This document shows, piece by piece, positions 1 to 11,914 of a stretch of 64,000 bases of DNA (the first letter of the stretch is position 1; the number at the start of each line of letters is the position of its first letter). The notes under the pieces are model-generated. The model worked only from the letters and a program-made list of their open reading frames with translations. It was not told where the DNA came from and did not search any database. Origin of the DNA: the human T2T-CHM13v2.0 reference genome, Homo sapiens; NCBI RefSeq assembly GCF_009914755.1, contig NC_060927.1. One strand, given 5' to 3'. The translations under genes and the position numbers were made by a program.

Positions 1-71
1 AGGGGAGGGGAGGGGAGGAGAGGAGAGGGGATGCTATAAGCTAGCTGCCTGTTGGAATTTCTTTCAACAAA

Positions 72-443
72 GTATATTAGTTAACCTGGGCTGTCATAAC
101 AAAATATGATAGGCTGGGTAGTTTAACTACATAACTGTATTTTCTCGCATTTCTGGAGAATGGAAATTCAGTGTCAATATGCCAGTCGTGTAGTTTCTTG
201 TGAGGCCTCTCCTTCTCACTTGCAGATGGCCACCCTCTTGTTGTGTCCTCACATGGTCTTTCCTCCATTCATGCACAGAAAAAGAAAGATCTTCAGTGTC
301 TTTTCCTCTTCTTTTAAGAATTAATCTCACTGGATTAGGGTCCCACCGTTAAGACCTCCTTTAACCTTAATTACCTTCAAATAAAGTCACGTTTGAATTA
401 GGGTTCAAGATAGGAATTTTAAGGTACACAATTCAGTCCATAA
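72..443 (-). mobile_element. MLT1A-like solo LTR (ERVL-MaLR)
   Basis: Reverse complement of typical MLT1A motifs: cttgcagatggccacc, tgtgtcctcacatgg, ttaaccttaattacct, cacaattcagtccata. Confidence 0.8.
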
Positions 444-753
444 TAAAAGATAATATTATTTATCATCATTTCCTCCTCTCTTCAATTTAATAGTTTTTTA
501 AAGCATAAATTGGAAGTTGACTGCCTCTTTAGTAGTAAGGCAACATGTAGCCCTGAGTCTCCAAGGTAAATCAGAAAACTGAAATCATGTATTGAGTATA
601 GACACATATAAAATGTTCACACACCTATACTTAGACTCTTACTCCCACACACTATTTTGTTAACCTAGTAGCCATTTGTTGGCAGTAATTCAAATCAGAG
701 ATTTGTTTAATATTATTTGTTTCATAAAAACATTGAAATGACTGTTATCTTAT

Positions 754-1060
754 TGGGGAGGAGGTGGGGATGGTTAATGGGCACAAAAATATAGTTAGAT
801 AGAATTAATAAGATCTAGTATTTGATAGCACAGCAGGATGATTGCAGTCAACAATATTTTATTATACTTTTAAAAACAACTAAAAGAGTGTAATTGAAAT
901 GTTTGTGACACAAGGTAATGGTAATTGCTTGTAGTGATGGATACCCCATTTACTCTAATGTGGTTATTACACATTGTATGCCTGGATCAAAACGTCTCAT
1001 GTACCTCACAAATATGTACAACTACTAGGTACTCATACAACTTAAAAATAAATAAATAAA
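754..1060 (+). mobile_element. L1MA-type 3' end
   Basis: gggatggttaatggg...atagttagatagaa...gatggataccccattt...AAAT tail, typical of the L1MA 3' UTR. Confidence 0.8.
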
Positions 1061-1170
1061 CACATGAAGCTTTACAATGTTGACCTCTCTCTTCTTGAAG
1101 CTCTTTCTTCTCTTCCATTGCTTCTTGACGTCTCCTTCAAGGGTTACTTTTTCCTTCTGAATGTTCAGAT
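1061..1170 (-). pseudogene. Putative relic exon running into an L1MA tail
   Basis: Acceptor atttgtattag. Phase-1 open frame LNIQKEKVTLEGDVKKQWKRRKSFKKREVNIVKLHV is in phase with the 1539-1601 exon. Confidence 0.45.
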
Positions 1171-1538
1171 CTAATACAAATATATGTAAACCAAAATCCC
1201 CCACTAGATGATGAACTTCTGAATGGATGATCACATCAAGGTTTACCTACTTTTTGTCTCAGTTACACATACCTTTTATAGCACATACACACATTCAATA
1301 AGTTATGGTTAAATGAAAAAAAAAAAACAGAGTAAATGAAAGGAATGAGTAAATCCATTATTTCAACAAGCACATTTATCTTTTATATAACTAAAAACCA
1401 ATGCATAATTATAACCTCCCTTACATTTTTGTAAAGGCCAGGGCTTTCAGATTTTTATGAAATAGTAAGACCTATTTCGTATCTCTCGTGTCTATTTCAT
1501 ACTTTGTCTATATGCAAAATATAAAAATCAATACTTAC

Positions 1539-1601
1539 CTGCAAGTCCTTCTTATATTTGAAAATTGACATGGAACATTAACATATATATGATTGTAGGT
1601 T
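1539..1601 (-). pseudogene. Putative relic exon (63 bp, phase 1-1)
   Basis: Acceptor ccttttctatag and perfect donor CAG|GTAAGT. PTIIYMLMFHVNFQI*EGLA. Confidence 0.5.
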
Positions 1602-2048
1602 CTATAGAAAAGGATGGATCTTTGCTTTTCTATTTACACTGAGATTAAAAGGAAAGAAATTTGACTCTGGGTGAAGTTAAATGATTAAAGATAGTAATAA
1701 GGAAATTGCAAGGAATTGTTTATAGTACAATTGGAAAAGGCTACTACTGGATTTTATACAATCTCTTTTTTTAGATGTGGTTAAAATTGGAATTGACTGT
1801 CATATTGATGGAGGAGTTTAAGGATAGTGCTTATTGAAATAAGAATATGTCTTAGGTAATTTCTCAAAGATCATTTCCACTTTACTGGCATAAACACTGA
1901 AGTAGTGGTTCAAGGGAACCACAATGGCACATCAATGTTTTACCTCTGTTGGCTGCCAAAAGGAATATTTAAGACAATCCAACACTTTAAATACACATTT
2001 CTCCCCTGCCTAGAACTGTGGGTTCTCTTCATTTCTTTTTTTTATTAC

Positions 2049-2218
2049 CATAGATATAATAGACATTCCTCAGAAACATGACACATTTCCATGGACAACC
2101 CTAGTTTATATATTGCAGCAAAGATAAATTATGTCTTCCAATTTTGTATAATTCCCCATATTCTAGTTGAGAGATTATGAACTCATAATAGACTACGATG
2201 TAGCAAGATTGCATTACA
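2049..2218 (-). pseudogene. Putative relic exon (may extend to about 1944)
   Basis: Acceptor tctcatttatag and donor ATG|GTAATA. Two frames have only 1-2 stops. Confidence 0.35.
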
Positions 2219-2736
2219 CTATAAATGAGACCATTATCGTAGATGATAACTCCTTCTTCCCCATCCCCCACTTTATTTTTAAGAATTACTACTCATTGTT
2301 CTGGATGCAGCTTAGATTCGTGTTTGATTCAACATTTTATTTTATTGAGCACCTTTTGTGCTACCTGATACAAAAGCAATGTTGGATAAATGAGTAAAAC
2401 AAATGACAAACCAATGATACTAAATATATCCTTTAAAAATACAAAAAGAAAGAAGGAAGGGAGGGAGAACAATTGCATTAATTTTATTACTTGTCTCTAT
2501 AAGTAATGTGAAATAGTTTAGAGAATACTAAATGTAGAGTATAGCAACTTGGATTCTAGTCCTAGATATGTTACCTGAAGGCTTGAAGACGCTGGACAAG
2601 CCGATTTCTTTATAGCTGGAAGCTTCAGTTTCATAAAGAGTGAACTGGAAATAATAGCAAGTCCTCTTCCTGCTTACACAGGTTTTTTCCATGCTGAATC
2701 AAGGATGTACTTTGAAACACTTGGTAAACTTTATAC

Positions 2737-2838
2737 CTATACAAAGTGTTACAAATATTTCTTTTAATACTAGCATCTTGAATAGCCACTGCTACTAGTA
2801 GGTGGTCCATCAATCGGAAAGATGTTTTTATAGATTAT
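2737..2838 (-). pseudogene. Putative relic exon
   Basis: Frame SIKTSFRLMDHLLVAVAIQDASIKRNICNTLY (part of track ORF 2631-2813). Donor TAG|GTATAA; acceptor degraded. Confidence 0.4.
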
Positions 2839-3265
2839 TTAAAATAAGCCTACTTATCTTTACATTTATATGAAAATTAACCAATCATTTGAATACAAAC
2901 AAAAAGTAGGGAAAAACAAAAAGAAATAAAACCTGAGAATGACTGATTAGGTGACTGCAAAAAGTATATTTAAATTTTCTTCTTCTTTGACTGCAAAACT
3001 TGTTACATAAAACAAGTAGTGGCATTATTAGTTTACAACATGTTTAATTTTAACAACTGTTCCTTGTTTGAGTGCTACCTCTCCACATTGTAGTAAGACT
3101 TAGGTACAAAATGAATGAAAAAAGATGGAGATACTTTCAGAACCAGGGAAAGTATGTGATCCCAGAAAGTCCCATTGCCCTTTCTGGTAGTGACCTAGAC
3201 TCCATTACAGATTCACATATGTTTAATATTAAAGCATCTAGTATGTTTAAGTTAATAAATAATAC

Positions 3266-3393
3266 CTGTCACTCTGCAATCTTTTCAATGAGATCAATGA
3301 ATAAACTAATTTATATTAACTGATATGGCAGAATCTCCCAATCTTCTCTTTGTAATATGTCCAGTAAGAATATGTATTCATGAATATATGCAT
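3266..3393 (-). pseudogene. Putative relic exon (128 bp, phase 1-0)
   Basis: Acceptor attctaacag and donor CAG|GTATTA. AYIHEYIFLLDILQREDWEILPYQLI*ISLFIDLIEKIAE*Q. Confidence 0.55.
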
Positions 3394-3615
3394 CTGTTAG
3401 AATTATCAACTGTATAGCACACTTTCACCCTCCTGCTTCTCTGGCTCTTTTTCTCTTTGTTTCTCTCCCTTTTCATCCTTCTCTCCTCTCCTCACAAACA
3501 TAAACACACATAGCCTTTATTCCATGAAGATGAACTAACTCATCTTTGTATTTCATGATAAAATCAGACTCGATAAATACTAGTTCTTAAAATATTTCTG
3601 AAGTGACAAACTTGC

Positions 3616-3716
3616 TTGTCTCCAGAGACAACTCTGTGTACAAAACCCATCAGAATATTTCTTTTCTAAATATTCTAGTTCCCATTCTAGTTGTCTCTTT
3701 TTCTGATATGTATCAT
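3616..3716 (-). pseudogene. Putative relic exon (about 101 bp), coiled-coil-like
   Basis: Open frame DTYQKKRQLEWELEYLEKKYSDGFCTQSCLWRQ. Acceptor appears mutated (ttttaa); donor CAA|GCAAGT. Confidence 0.45.
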
Positions 3717-3852
3717 TTAAAATTAGAATGTGCTTCATACATCCATATTCTTAATATGTTTAGCTTTAGACACATCTAAATATGCTCTATAAATATAAGT
3801 GTTTCCAACATAAACATATAAAAGTAAGTTATTATTGCAAAGTTATTATTGC

Positions 3853-4010
3853 CTGAGGAGAAAGTTGACTCTCAAGGACAGTGATTTTCAAATTAAATGT
3901 TTTGTGTCCTTGAAGTTATGTAAAGTAGCGCTTGTCAAGCATTATGACCCAGGCATAAATCCTTTATAATTTTATGCCTTGGTAGGGCCATCTCTTTACG
4001 AAATTCATAG
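3853..4010 (-). pseudogene. Possible relic exon (158 bp)
   Basis: Acceptor ttattatataag and GC-type or decayed donor CAG|GCAATA. Best frames have 2-3 stops. Confidence 0.3.
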
Positions 4011-4110
4011 CTTATATAATAAATATAGGTGAGGAAAGAAGAGTTAAAATTATGAGTTAAAAATATGAACCACCAGAGGTTATTAAAACTAACTTAAAAA
4101 TATATTTCTG

Positions 4111-4878
<768 letters not shown>

Positions 4879-5137
4879 TTCTATTTGGAAACTCATCTTT
4901 TTTATTTACATGGATAAGTGTTAGAGTTCTCCACTTATCTAAGTATGACTTCTACAGTGAGACTCATTCAATACAGTCTGACATTCCACAGATGTAGCAA
5001 TGATGAAATACAGTTTTTCGAGGCAATTATGCTTAGAATAATAAGATTTTGACTCTCAGGAGTAGGTCATTTTATTTCAGTTTTTACTGATTTCTTCATC
5101 TGTTTTGTGCTACTGTAACAGAATAACACGGAGTGGG

Positions 5138-5574
5138 TGTATTAGTCTGCTCTCACACTGCTATAAAGAACTGCCCGAGACTGGGTAATTTATAAAGAAA
5201 AGAGGTTTAATTGACTCACAGTTCTTCATGGCTGGGGAGGCCTCAGGAAACTTACAGTCATGGTGGAAAGAGAAGCAAATACGTCATTCTTCACATGATG
5301 GCAGGCAGAGAAGTGCCGAGCAAAAGTGGGGAAAGCCCCTCTTAAAACCATCAGATCTCATGAGAACTCACTCACGATCATGAGAACTCACTCATCATCA
5401 TGAGAACTCACTCACCATCATGAGAACTCACTCACGATCATGAGCAGAGCAGCATGGAGGTAACCGCCCCTGTGATTCAATGATCTCCCACCAGATCCCT
5501 CCCATGACATGTGGGGATTATGGGAACTACAATTCAAGGTAGTATTTGGGTGGGGACACCACAAAACCATATCA
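5138..5574 (-). mobile_element. THE1 (THE1D-like) solo LTR
   Basis: tgtattagtc...aaaccatatca termini; 5-bp TSD gtggg/ctggg. Confidence 0.9.
5358..5444. repeat. 20-bp tandem repeat x4 inside THE1
   Basis: Unit tcatgagaactcactcaNNa. Confidence 0.95.
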
Positions 5575-6001
5575 CTGGGTAATTTATAATGATCCAATTA
5601 ATTTCTCATAGCTCTGGAGGCTGGAACATCCAAGATGAAGGTGCCTGCATTTGTCAAGGGTCTTCTTGCTAAGTTATCACATAGCAGAAGGGCAAAGAGA
5701 GGGTGAAAGGGAGAGAAAGAGAGCAAGAGGGGACAGAACACACTCCCATGTAGAGGTACCAATCCCATCCATGAAAGGATCTAATCACTTCTTAAAGGTA
5801 CCAACTCTTAATATGTGAGGTGTTACATATGTTACAATGGCAATTAAATGTTATCGTGAGTTTTGGATGGGATAAACATTCAAACCATAGCTAACATTAA
5901 CATAGATTAACTATTAATTTTATTCATGATACTACATACATACAACCAAATCAGTATTTTTTCTTGAACTTTTGTGGAGCAACAACAAAAAAGAATTTTC
6001 A

Positions 6002-6087
6002 CCAACATGGCACATGTATACATATGTAACTAACCTGCACGTTGTGCACATGTACCCTAAAACTTAAAGTATAATTAAAAAAAAAAA
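6002..6087 (+). mobile_element. Very short 5'-truncated L1PA 3' end
   Basis: catggcacatgtatacatatgtaac...ctaaaacttaaagtataa plus polyA; TSD aaaaaagaattttca on both sides. Confidence 0.9.
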
Positions 6088-6282
6088 GAATTTTCAGCAT
6101 GATATCTTAAACTAAGAATTATTTTAGTGTTTGTTTTAAATTAATACTTTTTGAAGGAGTTTGGCTATATGCTGTGTAGTTTATAAACTATTTTATGAAT
6201 CTGATATATGATTTGCTATGAAATACAGATTGTTATTCAATCTGTTCTAGAACAAAAACCCTAGTTTCAAGAAATATAGCAG

Positions 6283-6587
6283 GGCCGGGCACGGTGGATC
6301 ACACCTGTAATTCCAGCACTTTGGGAGGCCGAGGTGGGTGGATCACAAGGTCAGGAGTTTGAGACCAGTCTGGCCAGAATGGTGAAACCCCGTCTCTACT
6401 AAAAATACAAAAAATTAGCCGGGCATGGTGGCACGCACCTGTAGTCCCAGCTACTCAGGAGGCTGAGGCAAGAGAATGGCTTGAACCCAGAGGCAGAGGT
6501 TGCAGTGAGCTGAGATTGTGCCACTGCACTCCAGCCTGGGCAACAGAGTGAGACTCCTTTTCAAAAAAAAAAAAAAAAGAATGAAAG
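6283..6587 (+). mobile_element. AluS (Sg-like)
   Basis: Full dimer; TSD gaaatatagca at 6271-6281 and 6588-6598. Confidence 0.95.
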
Positions 6588-7014
6588 GAAATATAGCAAC
6601 ATTATTTAATCATATACCCAAAAAGGTAATATACAGTCTAGTCAGTTTACAAGAATTCAGTGAATATAATATTTTATGCAGAGATTTGTGCCATTGTAAC
6701 TTGTAAAGAAATTCTAACATATACTCTTTTCTGAAATATACTATTTGAGTAAGTTACTTAATATAATAAATAACTGCCCCAACTCACCACATTTTAGATG
6801 GAAAAAGTGATTGACAACAGTAGACACAACAACAATAATTGCGCCGTGCAAGTGCTATGTGAGAGTGTCAATGCGAAGTGCTGTACTTATATTCAATAAT
6901 ATCAGGTGAATTCAAATACATCTATCACCTTAAGGATGAGTAGTTTGAGTTTAGCAAATCCCCAGTTACAATTTAAGTAGTGGAAGCAGAATTTAATATC
7001 AGATCAGTCTACAA

Positions 7015-7047
7015 TTTTTTTTAATACTTTAAGTTTTAGGGTACATG
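7015..7047 (-). mobile_element. 33-bp L1PA extreme 3' end
   Basis: Reverse complement catgtaccctaaaacttaaagtatt plus A8; no TSD seen. Confidence 0.75.
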
Positions 7048-7434
7048 GAGGAAATTCCCTTAACTAATGAGAGCACCTGTTTCCTCACCTGCCCCAAAAG
7101 TAAGTAAAACTTGCATAGAAATAGCAAGCAGGATGCCTAGTCCAGAGCAGGCACTTTGCAAAGGTTTATTTTTCTCTTCTTTGTACTGTGACAAAGACCT
7201 CGGTCTTTACTATGAAGTAACTATGACTTTCACAGTCATTTCACTCTGTGACTATTTCTAATACACAGAATGAGAAATTTGGACAGGAATCTTAGCAGCT
7301 CGAAGGTTCTATGATTCTCATATTTCCCTAGATGAAAACCCCAGGCAGAAATATTTTCTATTTAATCAGATATTAGTTCATAATTAAGTACATACAATTG
7401 AATGTTAATTACATCTTGTTCTTTAAAAACCTAC

Positions 7435-7511
7435 TTTCTGGGCATTCTGCAGGAGACAAATCGGAAGAATGAAGTTTAACATTTTCAATACATACTTTGT
7501 TATGCATATTC
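7435..7511 (-). pseudogene. Possible relic exon (77 bp)
   Basis: Acceptor atttctaatttag and donor AAA|GTAGGT. Two frames are open. Confidence 0.3.
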
Positions 7512-8017
7512 CTAAATTAGAAATGGTTTTTACCTAATAATTCCCACCTGTAAATGACTTCCAGAAGTTTATGTTATCCTGAATTAATCACTCACATAAT
7601 GTCAAAAGCAATGTGCTTATAAAATGTAAAGACAAAAAAGAACTCGGAGGGGGGGAGCACTTTTAAAAATTGTTTTTTAATGGATGTTTTCATTTTAATT
7701 AAAAATCAAATATACAATTTAAATACATAAAGGGATGCTGATATCAGATAATTAACATATAAGTACATCTTGCTGACAACTTAAATATGCATGTTTTTAT
7801 TAAGAAATAAAGAAAAAACTCAAAAATCCAACAGTCAAGGTCTTCCTAAAGTACTTAAAGCAATTTGAAGTTTGTTAAAATGTATATTTTAATCACTCAT
7901 AATTTAGGTGAGATAGAAATATTCCCAACGTGGACTTTCCAAGGTATGTGAAATTCAATATGTGAAATTCAATACTGCTAGCTATAGAGCAGAAATTATG
8001 TTTCTGTTCTAATATCT

Positions 8018-8207
8018 ATCAATGTCCAATATGATAGATATTAGCCACATATGGCTATTTAAATTTAAACTAATGAAAATTGAGAATTCATTGTATCAAT
8101 CACACTAGCCATATTTCAAAAGCTCAACTAGCCACTTCGCTACTTTACTGAACAACACAGTTATAGAATATTTTCATTAATATAGAACTTCTATCAAACT
8201 GAGCTGG
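8018..8207 (-). mobile_element. MER3 (hAT-Charlie)
   Basis: tgtccaatatg...tagccacatatggctatttaaatttaaa...cactagccatatttcaa. Confidence 0.7.
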
Positions 8208-8579
8208 TTTACAGTCATTTTTTTCTTTTGCACAAATTATAACATGAAACCATATTCTAAACGTTTCCATATTGGAATTGGAATTTTAATTCATTTGTTT
8301 AAAACTACTTTTTATAAATTGTTCATATCATTTCTATAATCTATTTTTTGTAATTAAAGGCAATAGATTATTGAACAATCACGTTGCTTAAATGAAGAAA
8401 GGCTTACCAATGAGATTTAAAATGTGATTGGTTTTTAATTTCACTGACAATAGGGCAATGCCTTAATTAACATTGAACAACAAGAAGTCTATAATAATGG
8501 GGTGATGATGTCCTTGTATCTGAAGTCTGTGTGATTTACATTAGTACTGTCCAACAGAAATATAACCAGAGCCATGATT

Positions 8580-9253
8580 TCCAGAAATATTTCGGATATT
8601 TTTGGATTTTGGAATATTTGCATATACATAATGATATATCTTATCTCGGGGATGGGACCCAATTCTAAACATGAAATTCATTTATATTTTATATATACAT
8701 TATACACATGTCCTGAATTTAACTTTATACAATATTTTTTAATAATTTTATGCATGAAACAAAGTTTGTGTACTTTGAACAGTCAGAAAGCAAAGCAGTC
8801 ACTATCTCAACCACCCATGTGGACAATCTGTGGTTGTTTGCCATCATAAGCATTCCAGTGGATGTATAGCCTACCAATAAGCAATTCTTTTTTTTACTCT
8901 TATTCATACATAAGCACGTAATAGTAAAATATATGATATAACATCAATAGGGTGAAAAAGAAAAATGTTCATGGTAACTAAGGAACCCAGTAGCATCATC
9001 AGAATACATGTATCAGCTGTTAAACAACAGCAACAACAAACAACAGGTTTTAGACTCTACCTACAATGCTGTGCTTTGATTACAAGGTTACAGTATACTG
9101 TGTTTTATTGTTTTAGATAAGAAGAAACATCAGAAATAGTTGACGGACTAAGAAGTAGGTCCTCTAGGGATAGGAAGGCATTCTGCTGGATGGCTTTTTA
9201 AAGTAGTTTCTCCAGAGAAGGCATCTAATTCTTGGATTAGGGATGCTCAGCTT
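8580..9253. mobile_element. Tigger4/MER46-type DNA transposon remnant
   Basis: ggattttggaatatttgcatatacataatga...gggatgggacccaa...; TIR-like end ggattagggatgctca. Confidence 0.75.
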
Positions 9254-9764
9254 TTGGTATAAAATGAAAGAAGCAAGGAGGGGGCAAAATCATTGTTAAC
9301 ACTAGAAAATATTAGAGGGACTACAAAAGCCTTCAGCAATTGACTTTGGATGCTCAGTACCAAAAGCCAATGTATTTTCATCAATAATACAGTCATTAAA
9401 AATTAGCAGTGTTCTTGGTATATAGAAAGATGCTCCTTGCCTGGAAACAAATAATCAAATAATGAATGCCTGAGTAAAGCGATTTGATTCTTAAAGATGG
9501 TTTTTATTCTCATATATATTAAAAATTAAATAAGTAAAAGTTAATACCAACTTTATTGGGTTGAATATTGTGAGCCCTTCACTCCCAGCAATAGGTAAAT
9601 AAATAATAAGTCCAAGACATTTTTGTTTTTAGATTGAAAGTTACAGTTTTTTGTTTTTTTTTTTTAACAGGAAACTCTTCTCAGTGATTGACACACAGTA
9701 GCCTGGTTTTGTGCAGTCCTTTCTTGGCACTGTATAGGAAATAGTGAAGTAAATAATAGCTCAC

Positions 9765-10171
9765 CTTAATTGTCATTAAGAGGTAAACGGTGAAATGCAA
9801 TATTGTCAGGCTCTTCATTCTAATTAATGATAAAGTTAAACTTGTATGGTTTAATAAAATCTGCCACAGAGCAAGACTAATTGGGTGATGAAAACAGAGA
9901 CTGAAATCGAGTAGAATCAAGCTTCAGAAATGAAGAAAAACATTATGATTGCCTTGAGATATATCTAAAGATCAAGTTCCAAAAGTTTGTCACTAATAAT
10001 AAAGAGTAGATCCTAGTATTCCTGTAGCAATACTTATAACCTTATCAATACCTTGAATAATTGCAGAGTTTTGCATTCTAATAAACTGGAAAAGCCCAGG
10101 TACATTTCGGTCTAGATTGTTGAATAGGATATTGTTCATGGTAGCACTTATATTTGTATAAACCATTGTTT
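9765..10171 (-). pseudogene. Putative relic exon (407 bp)
   Basis: Acceptor attttgtttcag and donor AAG|GTGAGC. Protein-like blocks such as TMVYTNISATMNNILFNNLDRNVPGLFQFIR and FLKLDSTRFQSLFSSPN*SCSVADFIKPYKFNFIIN*NEEPDNIAFHRLPLND lie in different frames. Confidence 0.45.
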
Positions 10172-10316
10172 CTGAAACAAAATTTCAATATATTTGCTCC
10201 CTAATAAATATCCTTAGTTTCTCTTATACTGAGTTTCATCTCATCAAGTTGGTTGACAAAGGAACGGAAGCTTTTGAGGAGTCAATAAAAATAACAGAAC
10301 ACTAAGAGAAACATAC

Positions 10317-10404
10317 AAGTTTGTCCCGGCATTTATTTTTAAAAGATATTTCCCCAAGTAAAAGTTAGAAAGCATCTGGAACCTGTCATTTTGTGATGAT
10401 GGAT
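10317..10404 (-). pseudogene. Putative relic exon (88 bp)
   Basis: Acceptor tgtgtcttcttgttcag and donor CTT|GTATGT. Open frame PSSQNDRFQMLSNFYLGKYLLKINAGTN. Confidence 0.45.
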
Positions 10405-11109
10405 CTGAACAAGAAGACACATGTACGTGTCAGAAACAGAAATAGTTCTGTGTTCATGATCAGGCTGTCAACACATATCTTTAGGGGGAATAGAGAAAGA
10501 GGTATGGGGTTTGAAAATTGGGAGAGAAATCCACTGATTTATTTTGGAGAGAATGTGAACGCCACTAGTCCTCCTCTATAGGTTCACTGATTGAGCTGCT
10601 ACCCTTATAACCTCTTCCTCACTGTAAGCTGCTCTCCCACTCCTACCCAATGCCTGAGAGATAAAGGTGATTCTATTTGATACTCATAGACTATGGGCTT
10701 GCTAAAAATGGGATGCAGAAAAGTTCCTCCTTACTTTCTTATACTTAAATATTAATAGTGTTATTGCAGCAAACATTTATGTATAGAAAATACAAACACA
10801 TATTTTAATTATGCATATATACACATACATCAGATAAATATATGGATATATTATATATATATATCTTATATATGCATGTGGTGTGTGTACGAGAGAGAGA
10901 GAATAGGATGACCATTGCAAGCTCACTTTTTTTGGGGAAATTTCCTGAAAGTCCCTATGTAATTAGATAGATAAACTTTAGGTAAGATTTTTTTTAAAAA
11001 GAGCTTGTGTAGGTCTCTTACTCAGATATAACTTTCATGTTTATTTTAGGCTTTAATTTAATTTATTGCACCATGTTCTGAAAATATAACTCCAAGTGAT
11101 TCTACATAC

Positions 11110-11227
11110 CAACATCTTTACTCAAACTTTCTTACTGAAACATGTCTCCAGTTTGTCTTTGGCATTGAATATTCTACCACTATGGCAAGCGAAAAGTTAC
11201 ATTTTGGTCATATTAGTTATAATAGGT
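11110..11227 (-). pseudogene. Putative relic exon (118 bp)
   Basis: Acceptor atttctaag and donor TTG|GTATGT. Frame is ambiguous. Confidence 0.35.
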
Positions 11228-11580
11228 CTTAGAAATAATCTTATATAGTTATCAATTGAGTAAAGGCCAATTTATAGAGATTAGGAGATGCCTGAGAATT
11301 ACTGTTCACACTTTAATGTGTTCTTTATGACCCACCTATATTTAATTTAAATATGAGAATATATTCATTTGTATTAAACCCTAATGTCCTTTAACATTCC
11401 ATATTTTGCTTTAATTAGCGAATATTAGATAAGGGGAAACAATTATCATTGCATCAGGATCCACATAACATAAGATAAAAACATAACGTAACACATAACA
11501 TAAAAGAAATAAGATGAAAACAAAAGTCTGTAAATTTGGCAATTTAATCTTGACTATGATCCCTAATATAGCATCCTTAC

Positions 11581-11873
11581 TTCTCTCTTCTGACCACTGT
11601 TTTGGGATTGATTTGGTAAGATTTGGTTATTGCCTTACTGTGACAGCTCCCCAGGGCCTAGTCCCAGACCTTGACTTCTCATTCTTGCTACTGCTTTCGG
11701 TACTAAACTTGGGATTTAAATCTAAACTTGGGATTTAAAATAACTTCACTATCCCAGTTTTAAGAACACTTCCTATTATATCCCCATTCCTTTTGCTATG
11801 TACCAAAGCTTCTTGCTTGGTGTACAATAGAACATTACAAAATAAGCATGAATTCCTGAAAAGTCGGCAATTT
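11581..11873 (-). pseudogene. Putative relic exon carrying a 19-bp frameshifting duplication
   Basis: Acceptors ctttaacag (11874) or cttttcag (11856) and donor GAA|GTAAGG. Removing one copy gives NWDSEVILNPKFSTESSSKNEKSRSGTRPWGAVTVRQ*PNLTKSIPKQWSEER. Confidence 0.5.
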
Positions 11874-11914
11874 CTGTTAAAGCGAATAGTCTTGATATGT
11901 ATGAACATGCTTAC

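Larger units (their letters stand above)
5093..5891 (-). mobile_element. MST-type MaLR LTR split by THE1
   Basis: tgtgctactgtaacagaata...|ctgggtaatttataa...ggaggctgg...caagatgaagg...acattcaaaccatagc. Confidence 0.75.
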
